A DNA stretch of 64,000 bases from Candidatus Melainabacteria bacterium 17Bon1m (GTDB taxonomy: Bacteria; Cyanobacteriota; Vampirovibrionia; Obscuribacterales; Obscuribacteraceae). Location: NCBI GenBank assembly GCA_032128875.1, contig JAVLKG010000001.1, forward strand, positions 544,001 through 608,000. Reading direction: 5' to 3'. Both the position numbers and the translations under genes were made by a program. Below the pieces are notes generated by a model. That model saw nothing but the letters and a program-made list of their open reading frames with translations, was not told the DNA's origin and did not search any database. Position 1 is the first letter of the stretch. Each line of letters begins with the position of its first letter. Below are positions 9,455-19,121 of this stretch, one piece after another.

Positions 9455-10843
9455 TTAGTTTTTTCCAGCTTGTTGAACCTGCGAGTACATGCCTTCGAAT
9501 TTCGCGGCATTGACGATGTAAAACTCGTTATTCGGTCCCATAATCAGATAGTCGCCAGCGCGTCCAGAACTTGTGCCTTCGAGCGATTGAACGCTGTAAT
9601 CGACCTTGAGTTTCATAGCGCGGGCAAGTGCTGTTTTTTCGAACACTCCCGAACCCGGAGTCACTTCACCGTACGTTTTGGCGAAGATGTCTGGCTTAAC
9701 CGTCCATGTGCTGCCGTCGGGACCTGTCACTTTCCAGTCACCCGCGTTGCCTGTGAGCGTGTCTCCGTTGGTTGATTTCCAACTCATGTCCTGCGTCAAC
9801 TGCTCAGCTTTCACTTGCCCGGCCTTCTTATAATAGAAATAGTTGCCGTCTCCTGCACCATCATGCTGGTGTTGAATTTGATCGATTTTCTGCTGTGCGG
9901 CTTGGTGAGCTTGGTAGTCTGAGTACCAGGCGCCTGGCGCTGCTGCGAATCCGTAGACTACTGATGTCGCCAAACTCTTGCCTCCTACACGGCTCCAGTT
10001 GACTTGTTCGCCTGCAATCCGGGCCGCTGTTATTTCAGATATGGCACCGCGGGCGGCACCAGCAATTGCGCTGGTTTCGATTTTCTGTGCAAATGGTGTC
10101 ATCAGTTTTGGAGCCGCAGCACCAATTGCCCAGCCGCCTAGGTAGGCTGTTCCCATTACTGCTGCATCAACTGCAAGATGCTCCGGGTTTATCATCTCTG
10201 ATGCTGTATTTTTCGCGCCAGTCCAGAGACTGTAGCTTTGCTCTTTTTGATCGTAGTAGTTAGAGCGTGTAAGAGCGGTATCAATTGTGCGCCCGCCTAT
10301 GCTCATGGCGCCGCCTTTGAGCGCGATGTTCATGTCGCTGGACATGGTTTTGTCCATAAGGAATTTAAAGGTAAGACCTTTAGCTGCACCCAGCGTGAGG
10401 TCTACAGCTTGCCCGCCAATTTTGTCTGCAGGCTTTGCTTCGTCTGCTGCAAAGAAGCCGGCGCTGGCGATGTACCCAGCTTTTCCGCCAAAGAATAACG
10501 CGCCAATCTTAAGACCCGCGCCACCGAGCTGCGAAATATCGTTCTGCCATTTGAGTTTATTCTTGTCTTTATCTACAGCTTGATTGATCTCGTCGCGCAT
10601 CTTTTCGAGCGCATCAACGTCATTGTTTTTTACATGCGTGATGGCTCGCTGCTCAACTTCTTCGAGTTGCTTAAACGACTTCTCGTCAGCGCCATAAACC
10701 CAGTCGAAGGCTTTTCCCAGATAGCTTCGTTTGCTGTCAGCATAGCGATGCTGATCGATTTCGTTACGCATGCTCACGAGAGCGTCTGCGGTCTCCTTAC
10801 TAACTTGGGTTCCTGCCTGCGCAGTAGTAATAACGTCCGCCAT
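9455..10843 (-). CDS. Hypothetical protein with duplicated C-terminal PGDYG-like domain
   Basis: Two repeats: GDTLTGNAGDWKVTGPDGSTWTVKPDIFAKTY and EGTSSGRAGDYLIMGPNNEFYIVNAAKFEGMY; Gly/Ala-rich helical N-terminal part. Confidence 0.7.
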   Translation of the reverse strand: MADVITTAQAGTQVSKETADALVSMRNEIDQHRYADSKRSYLGKAFDWVYGADEKSFKQLEEVEQRAITHVKNNDVDALEKMRDEINQAVDKDKNKLKWQNDISQLGGAGLKIGALFFGGKAGYIASAGFFAADEAKPADKIGGQAVDLTLGAAKGLTFKFLMDKTMSSDMNIALKGGAMSIGGRTIDTALTRSNYYDQKEQSYSLWTGAKNTASEMINPEHLAVDAAVMGTAYLGGWAIGAAAPKLMTPFAQKIETSAIAGAARGAISEITAARIAGEQVNWSRVGGKSLATSVVYGFAAAPGAWYSDYQAHQAAQQKIDQIQHQHDGAGDGNYFYYKKAGQVKAEQLTQDMSWKSTNGDTLTGNAGDWKVTGPDGSTWTVKPDIFAKTYGEVTPGSGVFEKTALARAMKLKVDYSVQSLEGTSSGRAGDYLIMGPNNEFYIVNAAKFEGMYSQVQQAGKN

Positions 10844-11126
10844 GATATGCCCCCCAACCCAATAATTCGAGTGGATGCAAAAACCGCAGCATGTGCGCCG
10901 CGTTTTACGCTAATTTTTCCCGGAGTAAGACAGCCGCGACTTCGCCGCGGTGTTCAGTATGTTAGGAACAGATGAGGTTTCCAGCCGATGTAGGTTTGTA
11001 TACGGCAAATACGATAATTGGACACAGAATCGAACAGCGAAGTGAAAGGATTGTTTTCACAGAGACGCGAACTCAACGTAAAATGAGGAAAACGTCCACT
11101 GGTGGGATGTTAAGGGGCTTGGTGAA

Positions 11127-11906
11127 TTGGACGTGCGGATCTATATATTGATTTCGATCTTGGCACTGATTTTTTGCGCGCCCGCAAACGCTACGGACAA
11201 AGAGAGCGATATAGAAACAAATCGTCCCAGCTTCACTTTCTCTTCGATTGTTGTACCGAAAGGTAGTATCCAGATAGAGAATGGCGGGCAGTTCGTCTCT
11301 CTAGATTCGAGAAAGGGGATTATTGATCTTCCGGAGACACAAATTCGTTTGGGGTTGCTCGAAAAAACCGAGTTTCAAATGTTTGTGCCTAATTATCTCC
11401 TGTTTCACAGACCCGGGCAGACAAATGATGGCGTCACAGATCTAGAAGAGATCGGAATAAAGCAACAACTGCCGCTTATCAAAGGTATCCAATCTTCATT
11501 CATTGGTTCTGTGAACCTACCGACTGGGCGGAGGTTTATAAGCGGACCTGGTGTTCAACCAGTCTTTAGATTGCCGACATCCATGCCAATCGGAAAGACG
11601 CATCAATTGTGTGTAATGCCGTCCTTCGCACTATTTGATTCTGGTCGCAACGCGGCGTATCAACAAACTGTGATGTACAACCATACCATTGGAAAAAAAG
11701 GCATCGTCTTTATAGAGTATGCGGGGTTTTTCAAACGCCAATCGCCGGTATTGAACTTTGCGCATTTTGGAGGGGAGTACAAGGTCACCCCTCATCAGCA
11801 AATAGACGTACATTTTGGAGTGGGCTTAAACAGAGAAGCGCCAAATTTCTTTGTAGGTGCTGGTTATTCGGTGCGAATCGACAAGTTTTGCAAGGCGTCT
11901 AAATAG
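11127..11906 (+). CDS. Outer-membrane beta-barrel 'transporter' (Phenol_MetA_deg-like family)
   Basis: Signal peptide, ETNRPSFT...VVPKGSIQIENG motif, C-terminal FFVGAGYSVRI strand. Confidence 0.8.
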   Translation: MDVRIYILISILALIFCAPANATDKESDIETNRPSFTFSSIVVPKGSIQIENGGQFVSLDSRKGIIDLPETQIRLGLLEKTEFQMFVPNYLLFHRPGQTNDGVTDLEEIGIKQQLPLIKGIQSSFIGSVNLPTGRRFISGPGVQPVFRLPTSMPIGKTHQLCVMPSFALFDSGRNAAYQQTVMYNHTIGKKGIVFIEYAGFFKRQSPVLNFAHFGGEYKVTPHQQIDVHFGVGLNREAPNFFVGAGYSVRIDKFCKASK

Positions 11907-11920
11907 CGCGAGTGCTTTTT

Positions 11921-12607
11921 CTAAATGGATTTAGATCTGCCCGGCGGGGTGTAGACGGTGATGCGGTCGTAGCTTCCCTGGCGAAATCTTGCGGTTATCG
12001 ATTCGTAATTGATGTGGCCTTTGCTAGTGTGCAGCATGCGCCCGTTGAGCACCAATCCGACATGATTCGCCTCACCATCCTTACCACCGCCGACACCGAC
12101 TATGTAGGTACCGTCTGGGTAAGATTTGCCGGGTACGAATTTCTCTGGCTTGTAGCCTTTGCTCTGGATCATAGAACCGAATTCCGATGCTCTAATGGTC
12201 ACATCGCTGGGTTTAATAATGCCGGCCATTACAGCTATATTGCTCTGGAAGATCGCGCAGCGTAAATTCTCGGGCACATCGAAGCCTTTAAATCTGCCCG
12301 ACTTAACGTCGAAGATGCTCGGATCCTGACTGCCTTGATACTGCATACCAATTGATTCCAGTCGGCGAATCTTTGCGTCAATATTGCCGCTGCTCAGTGC
12401 AGTGAAAGCGCTGGCAAATTCCAACTGCGCAGGCTCTGCTTCTTGCAGCTTTTTGAAAGGCTCTGGTTTGGTCATTGCCGCTAGAGAGCGCGTTGTGTTG
12501 ACGTCATCCATGAGGATGCGATCAGTCGAGTCAGATACCGTTTCTGCGGTTTTGACTTTGGACCGATCGCCTTCAACCCACGCATGCGGGGAGGCGTTCG
12601 TAATCAT
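11921..12607 (-). CDS. Hypothetical protein with possible NlpC/P60/CHAP-like Cys-His core
   Basis: RCAIFQS ... NHVGLV ... MLH arrangement. Confidence 0.55.
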   Translation of the reverse strand: MITNASPHAWVEGDRSKVKTAETVSDSTDRILMDDVNTTRSLAAMTKPEPFKKLQEAEPAQLEFASAFTALSSGNIDAKIRRLESIGMQYQGSQDPSIFDVKSGRFKGFDVPENLRCAIFQSNIAVMAGIIKPSDVTIRASEFGSMIQSKGYKPEKFVPGKSYPDGTYIVGVGGGKDGEANHVGLVLNGRMLHTSKGHINYESITARFRQGSYDRITVYTPPGRSKSI

Positions 12608-12775
12608 GGTAAGTCCTGGCAGTTATTACTGCGCTTCGAAGGAAGATGGGGAGGAAGAATTGAATAGTAACAAAGCATTACGGGCATGTCAAGAAGTTTT
12701 GGCGTGTCGAATCGCACTGTTGGTCACCTTATATGGTGCCTGTTTGATTCTTCGCGGAAAAATTTTTTTTCGTAT

Positions 12776-12902
12776 ACGCGCATTCCATGCCGTTTTCACG
12801 CTGAACTAACGCTATGTTCACGCTAATTCAACGCATGTTCACGATCTTTTCACGCTCTTTTCACACTGCGTCAACGCTTGCAATCTATTTATACGTTATA
12901 CG
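12776..12902. repeat. Degenerate ~11-bp tandem repeat array (core TTCACGCT)
   Basis: ACG-core positions 12776, 12798, 12809, 12820, 12831, 12841, 12852, 12863 (ACA) and 12874. Confidence 0.75.
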
Positions 12903-13426
12903 CTTAACCGTGCAAGACAAGGGAGTAAGACCTTCTCTCAAAGTCATCGGGCTTTTGAAGCATCTATTGATAGTTCAATTTATTTTTTGTGAAAACATGA
13001 AAGGAGGCACCATATACGGTGCCCCATAGATGGCGATGATTGAGTGCCTTCCGTGTGTTTTTTGCCAACAATCTCTTCTCTCGATCAAATTGCCGCAACG
13101 CTCGATTTCGCCACAGAGCGTGCCAGCCACAAAATTGCAAGAACTGTAATATAGATTAAAGATTGACCACCTATAGATTCCGGGCTTTGCCCTGTGTTTC
13201 TGTGCTAACGACAAGTGATTTCCGCCAGCCAATCCTGATATTGCAAATATCCAACCACCCGCCGAATCTCACAGCCTCGTACTTCACTCGTTTCTAAGCA
13301 GTAAACCCACAAAAAAATCTCGACCACCACTCCATAACGCCCATGCGGCGCACTATTGTGCACGCTGGTCGGATTTCTACTTGCGCTTTCGCGCCGCTCG
13401 CGGCGCGCGTATGAGCGCGAGAAAGG

Positions 13427-15298
13427 ATGCTAATGCCACCTACCGCCACGCACTCCGCGCAATTTGTTGAAAGAGACGAAAAGCCACGGACTGATTCATC
13501 GCCTTTAGCCTCAGCTTCAAACAACGACGCATTCGATAGTGATAAAGGTAATGAAACCTCATCGAATGCAAATGACAAAATCGCGGAGGCTGGCTCACAG
13601 AGCAGCAAAGGCGGGTTGAACGCATTCGACCTGTTGAATGACTCGGCTAAGTTGTTCAAGCAGGGTGGTGAATTGCTGGGATTTGGCTTGGCGCCTTCAG
13701 CGGATGTGCTTCCTCAATCTGATGTTTCCAAAATGACTCCAGCGCAGAAGGGCGCGCGTGGGTATCAGAATGCTGAGAGTCACGAAAATCAGTATATGAA
13801 ACTGAAAGAGCCGTATCAGCAGAAAACCTTTGATGAAGCTGGTTTGCATGCACCCAAAGACGCTTCTGTATCATTGAATGATAAGGGGCAGATTACTGGT
13901 TTTACCACATCGCCTGCACCTGGAAAAGCTGAAGGCGCTTCGTACAAGAACATAAAGTACGATGAAGGGGGTGCGATAAAGAGCTTCGAAACGCCGTGGG
14001 GAACAACGATTTCGCGCGTCGGTGACGCTGACAAAAATGGGTACGGCAAGTGGCAACAGACAAATAGCAGAGGGCAGCTCGTTAACTACCAGGGTGCAGA
14101 CGCAGCGCAATGGTATGGAAAGTCAGTCGTTGACGAGAAAGGCATGCACAACATCGTTGCTAGTCCTGGAGCCAAACAATGGAATATGTACTCTCGTTCG
14201 TTTGATGGAACATATACTGAGACAAATCCAAATGTCGAGAAGGGCGTGCTCAAAGGGTTTGAAACTACTACCACTCTAGCCGACAACACCAAAATTTCCA
14301 GCAAGTCTCATTTCGAGAAGGGCGACATTGTGCGTAATTCTTCCGTTGATTTGTTCGGTGCAAAAGGCGAGAAAAACTCAGTTGAAATGGACGAGTCGAA
14401 GAAGAGTGGAAAGTTTGTTTCGAGTGATGAGCTGAAGAAGCGCGAAGCACTTGCGGCGATGATGGACTTTGACAAAAATCCGATGTTCGACAACGTCAAT
14501 TCAATGAAATTGAATCGCAGGGGCAATAATCTCGATTTCTCTGCCGACCTAGACAAAGCGGTCAACATGCCGCCTCCCAATGTTCGTATTTATGGTGTTG
14601 GCGGATTCAAGCGAGCATCTGCCGTGCCGGTAAGCTCGCAAGTTGACGATCCAAGTGGCACCATTGTCACTCATCCGGAAAATCCCGGGCGCGTGGACAT
14701 TGTTAATATGCATGGATTCACGGGAGCTGCTCAAGCATATGGACCACTCGGGCGACCACGCGGGGTGCATGCGTCTTCAACCGATTCAATGACGATGTAT
14801 AGCGATCAGCATGGAAATGGGCATGTGGTCGCGCGTTCAGAACAGGCGTCCGTCGATCTGACTGCACAACACATGCGCGGTGGCATGTTCGGAGATATGC
14901 TCGCAAATCCGGCAAAGAAACAGCAATTTACTGATGGACTTGCAAAACTGCGCGATAATCTCGACAGCCTCGAATTCAAAAAGGATGCCAAAGGCGATTT
15001 GCATGGATCGTTTGATCCACGTGCGAGCGAAATTCCGATCAACAAAAATATAGCTCCTGGTTTTGATGCCACAAAGCTCTATTTCAACGAAGGCAAGCTA
15101 AATTTCGATGTGCACAAAATCCCGAACGGTAAGGAATTATCCTTCAAGGAAGGCGACTTGAAAGTTGGAGTCAACGTCCCTGTTCTGGGCGAAACAAAGT
15201 TGTCCGTATCAAAAGTGGTGACGACAAAGGACGCACAAGGCAAGCCGCACATAGAAGTCGAATTCCACGGAAAACCAGGCAGAACGAAAGTCTTCTAG
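13427..15298 (+). CDS. Hypothetical protein (623 aa)
   Basis: Long uninterrupted ORF with protein-like composition; no recognisable motif. Confidence 0.8.
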   Translation: MLMPPTATHSAQFVERDEKPRTDSSPLASASNNDAFDSDKGNETSSNANDKIAEAGSQSSKGGLNAFDLLNDSAKLFKQGGELLGFGLAPSADVLPQSDVSKMTPAQKGARGYQNAESHENQYMKLKEPYQQKTFDEAGLHAPKDASVSLNDKGQITGFTTSPAPGKAEGASYKNIKYDEGGAIKSFETPWGTTISRVGDADKNGYGKWQQTNSRGQLVNYQGADAAQWYGKSVVDEKGMHNIVASPGAKQWNMYSRSFDGTYTETNPNVEKGVLKGFETTTTLADNTKISSKSHFEKGDIVRNSSVDLFGAKGEKNSVEMDESKKSGKFVSSDELKKREALAAMMDFDKNPMFDNVNSMKLNRRGNNLDFSADLDKAVNMPPPNVRIYGVGGFKRASAVPVSSQVDDPSGTIVTHPENPGRVDIVNMHGFTGAAQAYGPLGRPRGVHASSTDSMTMYSDQHGNGHVVARSEQASVDLTAQHMRGGMFGDMLANPAKKQQFTDGLAKLRDNLDSLEFKKDAKGDLHGSFDPRASEIPINKNIAPGFDATKLYFNEGKLNFDVHKIPNGKELSFKEGDLKVGVNVPVLGETKLSVSKVVTTKDAQGKPHIEVEFHGKPGRTKVF

Positions 15299-15332
15299 AC
15301 TTCACAATTCTGTAGGTAAGACTGTTGATGTT

Positions 15333-16745
15333 TCAGTTGAGATTGTCTTTGGGTCTTGCAAGACCTGATATCAAATTCGCGTCCGAAACTTCTTTCTCCG
15401 ACTCAGTTATGAATCCATGCATTGGCACTGTTGCCTCTGGGATAGCAGCGCTGCACGGAATAACGTCGGCTGGGACGGGCGTTTCTTGCGAGATCAGATT
15501 TCCTTGCACGCTCTGCTCTGAATCGGCGCTTGGACCGCCAACCGGATCGTCTTTTGGCGGTTCTTTCTTCTCATCGCCCGGAGTTGTTGGCGCGGATTTT
15601 GAAGGAGCGCTGGTGTTTCCTTTCGGATCTTTCTTTTTGCCTTTGTTCGGGTCTTGCTGTTTTGGCTTAGGCGGTGGATCTTGATAGCGCTTCTTCAGCT
15701 GACTGGTGTAGAGGAGAAGCGACGGTTTGGAGACAGCGCCTCTCAGTCCGTAGAAAAGACGGAAGTCCATCCCCGCGAGTCCAGGCAGGTTGTCGGTGCC
15801 GAAGTTGTACACTGGCTCAGCTCTGATAAAGCCCTGGAAGCCCGGAACTTTTTTGAAAAGTTGTTTGGCGACTTCGAAGTCGCAGATGATTGTTTGGCTG
15901 TTTACGTCGATTGATGCATCGCGGAATCCGCGGCGGAAGTTAACGAGATAGGTCATGTTTGCCGAAAAGGACCAAGGTCCGCGTTGATGCAATGCGCCAA
16001 TAGTAAAGAATGGGTCGATTTCACGATTTATGCCTCCAAAGAAATTCAAAGAGCGAAACTGCGCAAGAGCATTGAAATAAGCGATGGTGTTGTTTTTGAT
16101 CGGAATCGAGATGGTCGTGCTCGGGATGTAGTCGAAGATCGGGTCTGCGTTTGCTTGCCAGAGCTCCCGGGTCATCATTTGCAATTCAAGGTTGGCGCGT
16201 TTGGGCAGTGAAATGTTGTGTTCAATACCTGTGCCAATCTGGTTGATAAACGTATTCAGTGTGTTGAAGCGTGCCAGTTTATCGCGTAGATAGAAGTAGT
16301 TCACAAACGCGCGTGTGTTAGGCGTGAGGGACCATCCAGCGGTGATGTTCGGCGAAATACGATAGACACTGTCAGCTTGGCTGGCTCGATCTACTGCGGC
16401 ACCTAAAGCTATTTGATCGTCGGGTGATAAAGCACCGAACGGAACTCCCCGGTTGTAGGTCGCCGAGTTCAAAATATGGCGCTTCGTTGGAAATTGAAAA
16501 ACGTTCGTTTCAATACGACCCGAGGTTTCGCAGGTCGCGTTCATGTAAAAGCGAGAAGGCAGCCTTTGGAAAATCCGAAATTTCAGACTTTCTCCGACCG
16601 CTCGGCGTTCTTCCGGTAAGGGCAGAGGAACAACGTCTGTCGGCAATACGGTTGACCTACTAGCGCCGCCCACACCGCCAAGGTTATTCGTTGCTTGCGC
16701 CAAAGCTTCAGGTGCAAAAACAAAAGTGGCGAGAGAAAGCGCCAC
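15333..16745 (-). CDS. Probable outer-membrane beta-barrel protein with Pro/Lys-rich tail
   Basis: Signal-like N-terminus, alternating aromatic/hydrophobic strands, adjacent to Skp/OmpH. Confidence 0.7.
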   Translation of the reverse strand: MALSLATFVFAPEALAQATNNLGGVGGASRSTVLPTDVVPLPLPEERRAVGESLKFRIFQRLPSRFYMNATCETSGRIETNVFQFPTKRHILNSATYNRGVPFGALSPDDQIALGAAVDRASQADSVYRISPNITAGWSLTPNTRAFVNYFYLRDKLARFNTLNTFINQIGTGIEHNISLPKRANLELQMMTRELWQANADPIFDYIPSTTISIPIKNNTIAYFNALAQFRSLNFFGGINREIDPFFTIGALHQRGPWSFSANMTYLVNFRRGFRDASIDVNSQTIICDFEVAKQLFKKVPGFQGFIRAEPVYNFGTDNLPGLAGMDFRLFYGLRGAVSKPSLLLYTSQLKKRYQDPPPKPKQQDPNKGKKKDPKGNTSAPSKSAPTTPGDEKKEPPKDDPVGGPSADSEQSVQGNLISQETPVPADVIPCSAAIPEATVPMHGFITESEKEVSDANLISGLARPKDNLN

Positions 16746-16786
16746 GCTTACTGCTCGCCACTTGTTTAGAGTCTTGGGTGCCAGTT

Positions 16787-17404
16787 CTACTTGGTAGATG
16801 TCTTGCTCTCCCCGGATGCCGTCGTTGCAGCAGGAGCTGCAGCTTTCTTGGCGCCAGGGGTGAGAGTCTTCACGATGTCTTCGGTTACATCAACACCGCT
16901 GTCGAGAACCTTTTGACCACCGGCGAAAACGCCTGCGCCATCAACAATCAAATCAAGTCCTTTGTCTTTTGCAACTTGGTTAACAGCGCCGAAGATGCGT
17001 TGTTGTTCCAATTGGTTTTGCGATTGAACCAGTTGAGCCAATGCTTGTTGCTTAGCTGCGAGTTCGGTTTGAACTTGTTGAACAATTTTCTTGATGTCTT
17101 CATCGGACTTTTTGTCTTCGCGAGCTTTTTGGATCGCCTTTTGTCCTGCTTCAATGTCACGACGGAGTTGGCTTTCTGCTTGATTCTTCAGAGCTTCGGA
17201 ATCGCTGCCTGTGCCACTAGCCTTGACCATCGCGAGATTGAAATAACCGATTTTCAGGCTTGTCGCGCTGGCTGTTTTTTGCGCGAACGCAGGACTGAGA
17301 GTCCCTGCTACGAGCAATGAAGCCAAAAGGGAGCCGCCCAGGATTTGTTTTGTGCTGCGTGCGAGTTGCATGTATTCCTCCAACATCACCGAATCTGCAT
17401 CCAC
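16787..17404 (-). CDS. skp: OmpH/Skp-family periplasmic chaperone (start probably at MQLARS)
   Basis: Signal peptide, LKIGYFN strand, Q/K-rich coiled coil, VAKDKGLDLIVD and DVTEDIVK motifs. Confidence 0.8.
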   Translation of the reverse strand: MDADSVMLEEYMQLARSTKQILGGSLLASLLVAGTLSPAFAQKTASATSLKIGYFNLAMVKASGTGSDSEALKNQAESQLRRDIEAGQKAIQKAREDKKSDEDIKKIVQQVQTELAAKQQALAQLVQSQNQLEQQRIFGAVNQVAKDKGLDLIVDGAGVFAGGQKVLDSGVDVTEDIVKTLTPGAKKAAAPAATTASGESKTSTK

Positions 17405-17802
17405 TTAGGATTGAATAAGCGCAGATTATATATCAATAGTTGGTATTTAAATCTATTGTTGTCGCCGGTACGCACCAATACGCAACATTCACTCATCATA
17501 AGCAAACTTTATCAGTTCACGCACATAAGTGAAAGAAGATTTGCTTTCAAAAACCAGAATTTTAACAGCTATAAAGCCTGTCAACAAGCGCACTTTGGAA
17601 GCTTTCTGCAAGTAACGCGTTAGGAGCGGATATGGCACCGTCGGCGGTATCTGAAAATTTATCGGTATGCCGGGATGGACCTTGATTTCCTTTGTATATA
17701 TAAGAGATGTATTACTATTTGAACATTTTTAATGTTGACAGTCGATCCTGCTGGCAACCCTGGCATTTTTGGTTGTCATGGATGGGCGGACTGCTTCTAG
17801 TC

Positions 17803-17834
17803 CAGAAGTTAAACCGTTATCGGTTTAACTTCTG
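17803..17834. terminator. Perfect 14-bp hairpin (terminator-like)
   Basis: CAGAAGTTAAACCG-TTAT-CGGTTTAACTTCTG. Confidence 0.55.
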
Positions 17835-18051
17835 AGGGACCTACTCGCGGAAATAACAGCAAGAGCCTGAGCTGTAAGCCCAGGCTCTTGACTGATTTCG
17901 CGTTCATTTTAAATCGTTTTTGGGGTAGTCGGCGCCTGGTTCTTGTTGTGTCTGCCGACTCGAAGCCGCGCGATTCCGAGCACCTTGACCCCTTAAGCGG
18001 TTTGATCCAAAGCAGTTTGATCCTAGGCAACTCACTCTGGAGCATCTGGAC

Positions 18052-18303
18052 CTATGCAGCTTTGTATTCCTCTGCGTACAAAGGGGTTGGGGCCGAGGAG
18101 CGCATCCACTCAATGAGTTCCAGTGCCATCTTCCTGGTCCAGCACGAAGGACAGTGGTCGGGAGCCAAGCTGGCGGGATGCTCGTGAAGAGATTCTTCGA
18201 GTAATTGCGTGGAGAGGAACACCAACGAGCCAGTGGAGTGGGAGTTTGTATTCATTTTGACTACCGCAAAAAGTGGGTGGGGCGCGGACTGACGCACGAA
18301 CAA
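18052..18303 (-). CDS. Small hypothetical protein (start likely MNTNSH)
   Basis: Short ORF with a CPSC motif; no family recognised. Confidence 0.4.
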   Translation of the reverse strand: MFVRQSAPHPLFAVVKMNTNSHSTGSLVFLSTQLLEESLHEHPASLAPDHCPSCWTRKMALELIEWMRSSAPTPLYAEEYKAA

Positions 18304-18559
18304 GAAGGCGGGTGCGGCTAAACAGTTTTGATAAGAAAGCGGGGAGAGAAGGGGCTGGGTGACTTAACGTCTGGGGTTGCTATCATCATGCAACGGAACC
18401 GAGGCAAAGTAAATTCGCAAAAAAGCGGGTCAGAAATCGCGTACGCGAAAACGTGTATAAATCAGCGAAAACACGCTTGAAACTTGAATCCGTGAGCGTC
18501 AATGATTGACTTTTTACCGTTTGTGGCATGGATTACACAAGCAGCTGCCCGAGGATTTA

Positions 18560-18871
18560 ATGCAGGAACCTTCTTCCCAATCAGTTTCTATCCCAGAAGA
18601 AGTTACGTCCGAGCTGGTGAGACTCTTGACCAGTGGGCATTTTGAGCAATTTATGGGGTTGTACAGAGAAACCGCTCTCGGTATTCAGGGCGATGGCGCC
18701 GTTGTGTTGGCTGAAGTCATAAATGCCGGCATCAAAACAGCAATTCCTGACTGCGAACTTAAGTTGGTCGTTTCTCAAAAGACTGACAACAAACACATAA
18801 TCATGATCCAGGATGGGTCTAAGTTTTTTGGACCAAGTTGGACTGTTTCGCGACAGATGTTCGTCGTCTAG
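18560..18871 (+). CDS. Small hypothetical protein
   Basis: GAGGA RBS before MQEPSS; protein-like composition. Confidence 0.65.
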   Translation: MQEPSSQSVSIPEEVTSELVRLLTSGHFEQFMGLYRETALGIQGDGAVVLAEVINAGIKTAIPDCELKLVVSQKTDNKHIIMIQDGSKFFGPSWTVSRQMFVV

Positions 18872-18924
18872 CTGGCACCACCATTGGTGCTAGTTTTTGC
18901 TTTGCCATCCGTGAGTAAAGAAAA

Positions 18925-18948
18925 ACCGGCAGGGAATTCCCTGCCGGT
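18925..18948 (-). terminator. Rho-independent terminator-like palindrome
   Basis: Perfect 24-bp palindrome ACCGGCAGGGAATTCCCTGCCGGT followed by a T-tract on the minus strand. Confidence 0.65.
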
Positions 18949-19121
18949 GAAACTCATATAGGTATGTGACTTAGATGGTTCTACTACATCCGCTTCAGCG
19001 GCTATTTATCCAATTTGCACAATTCCCGAGTTTTATATCCTTTATGGATAACTAGACAACGACGAACCCTATAAGTTCCCACCTTCTAAAAAGAATCCTG
19101 GGAATTTTTTTCGGGAGTCTC

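Noticed and set aside
12776-12902. CRISPR array or replication origin
   Set aside because: Units are ~11 bp with no spacers, and I saw no cas genes, clear DnaA boxes or rep gene nearby.
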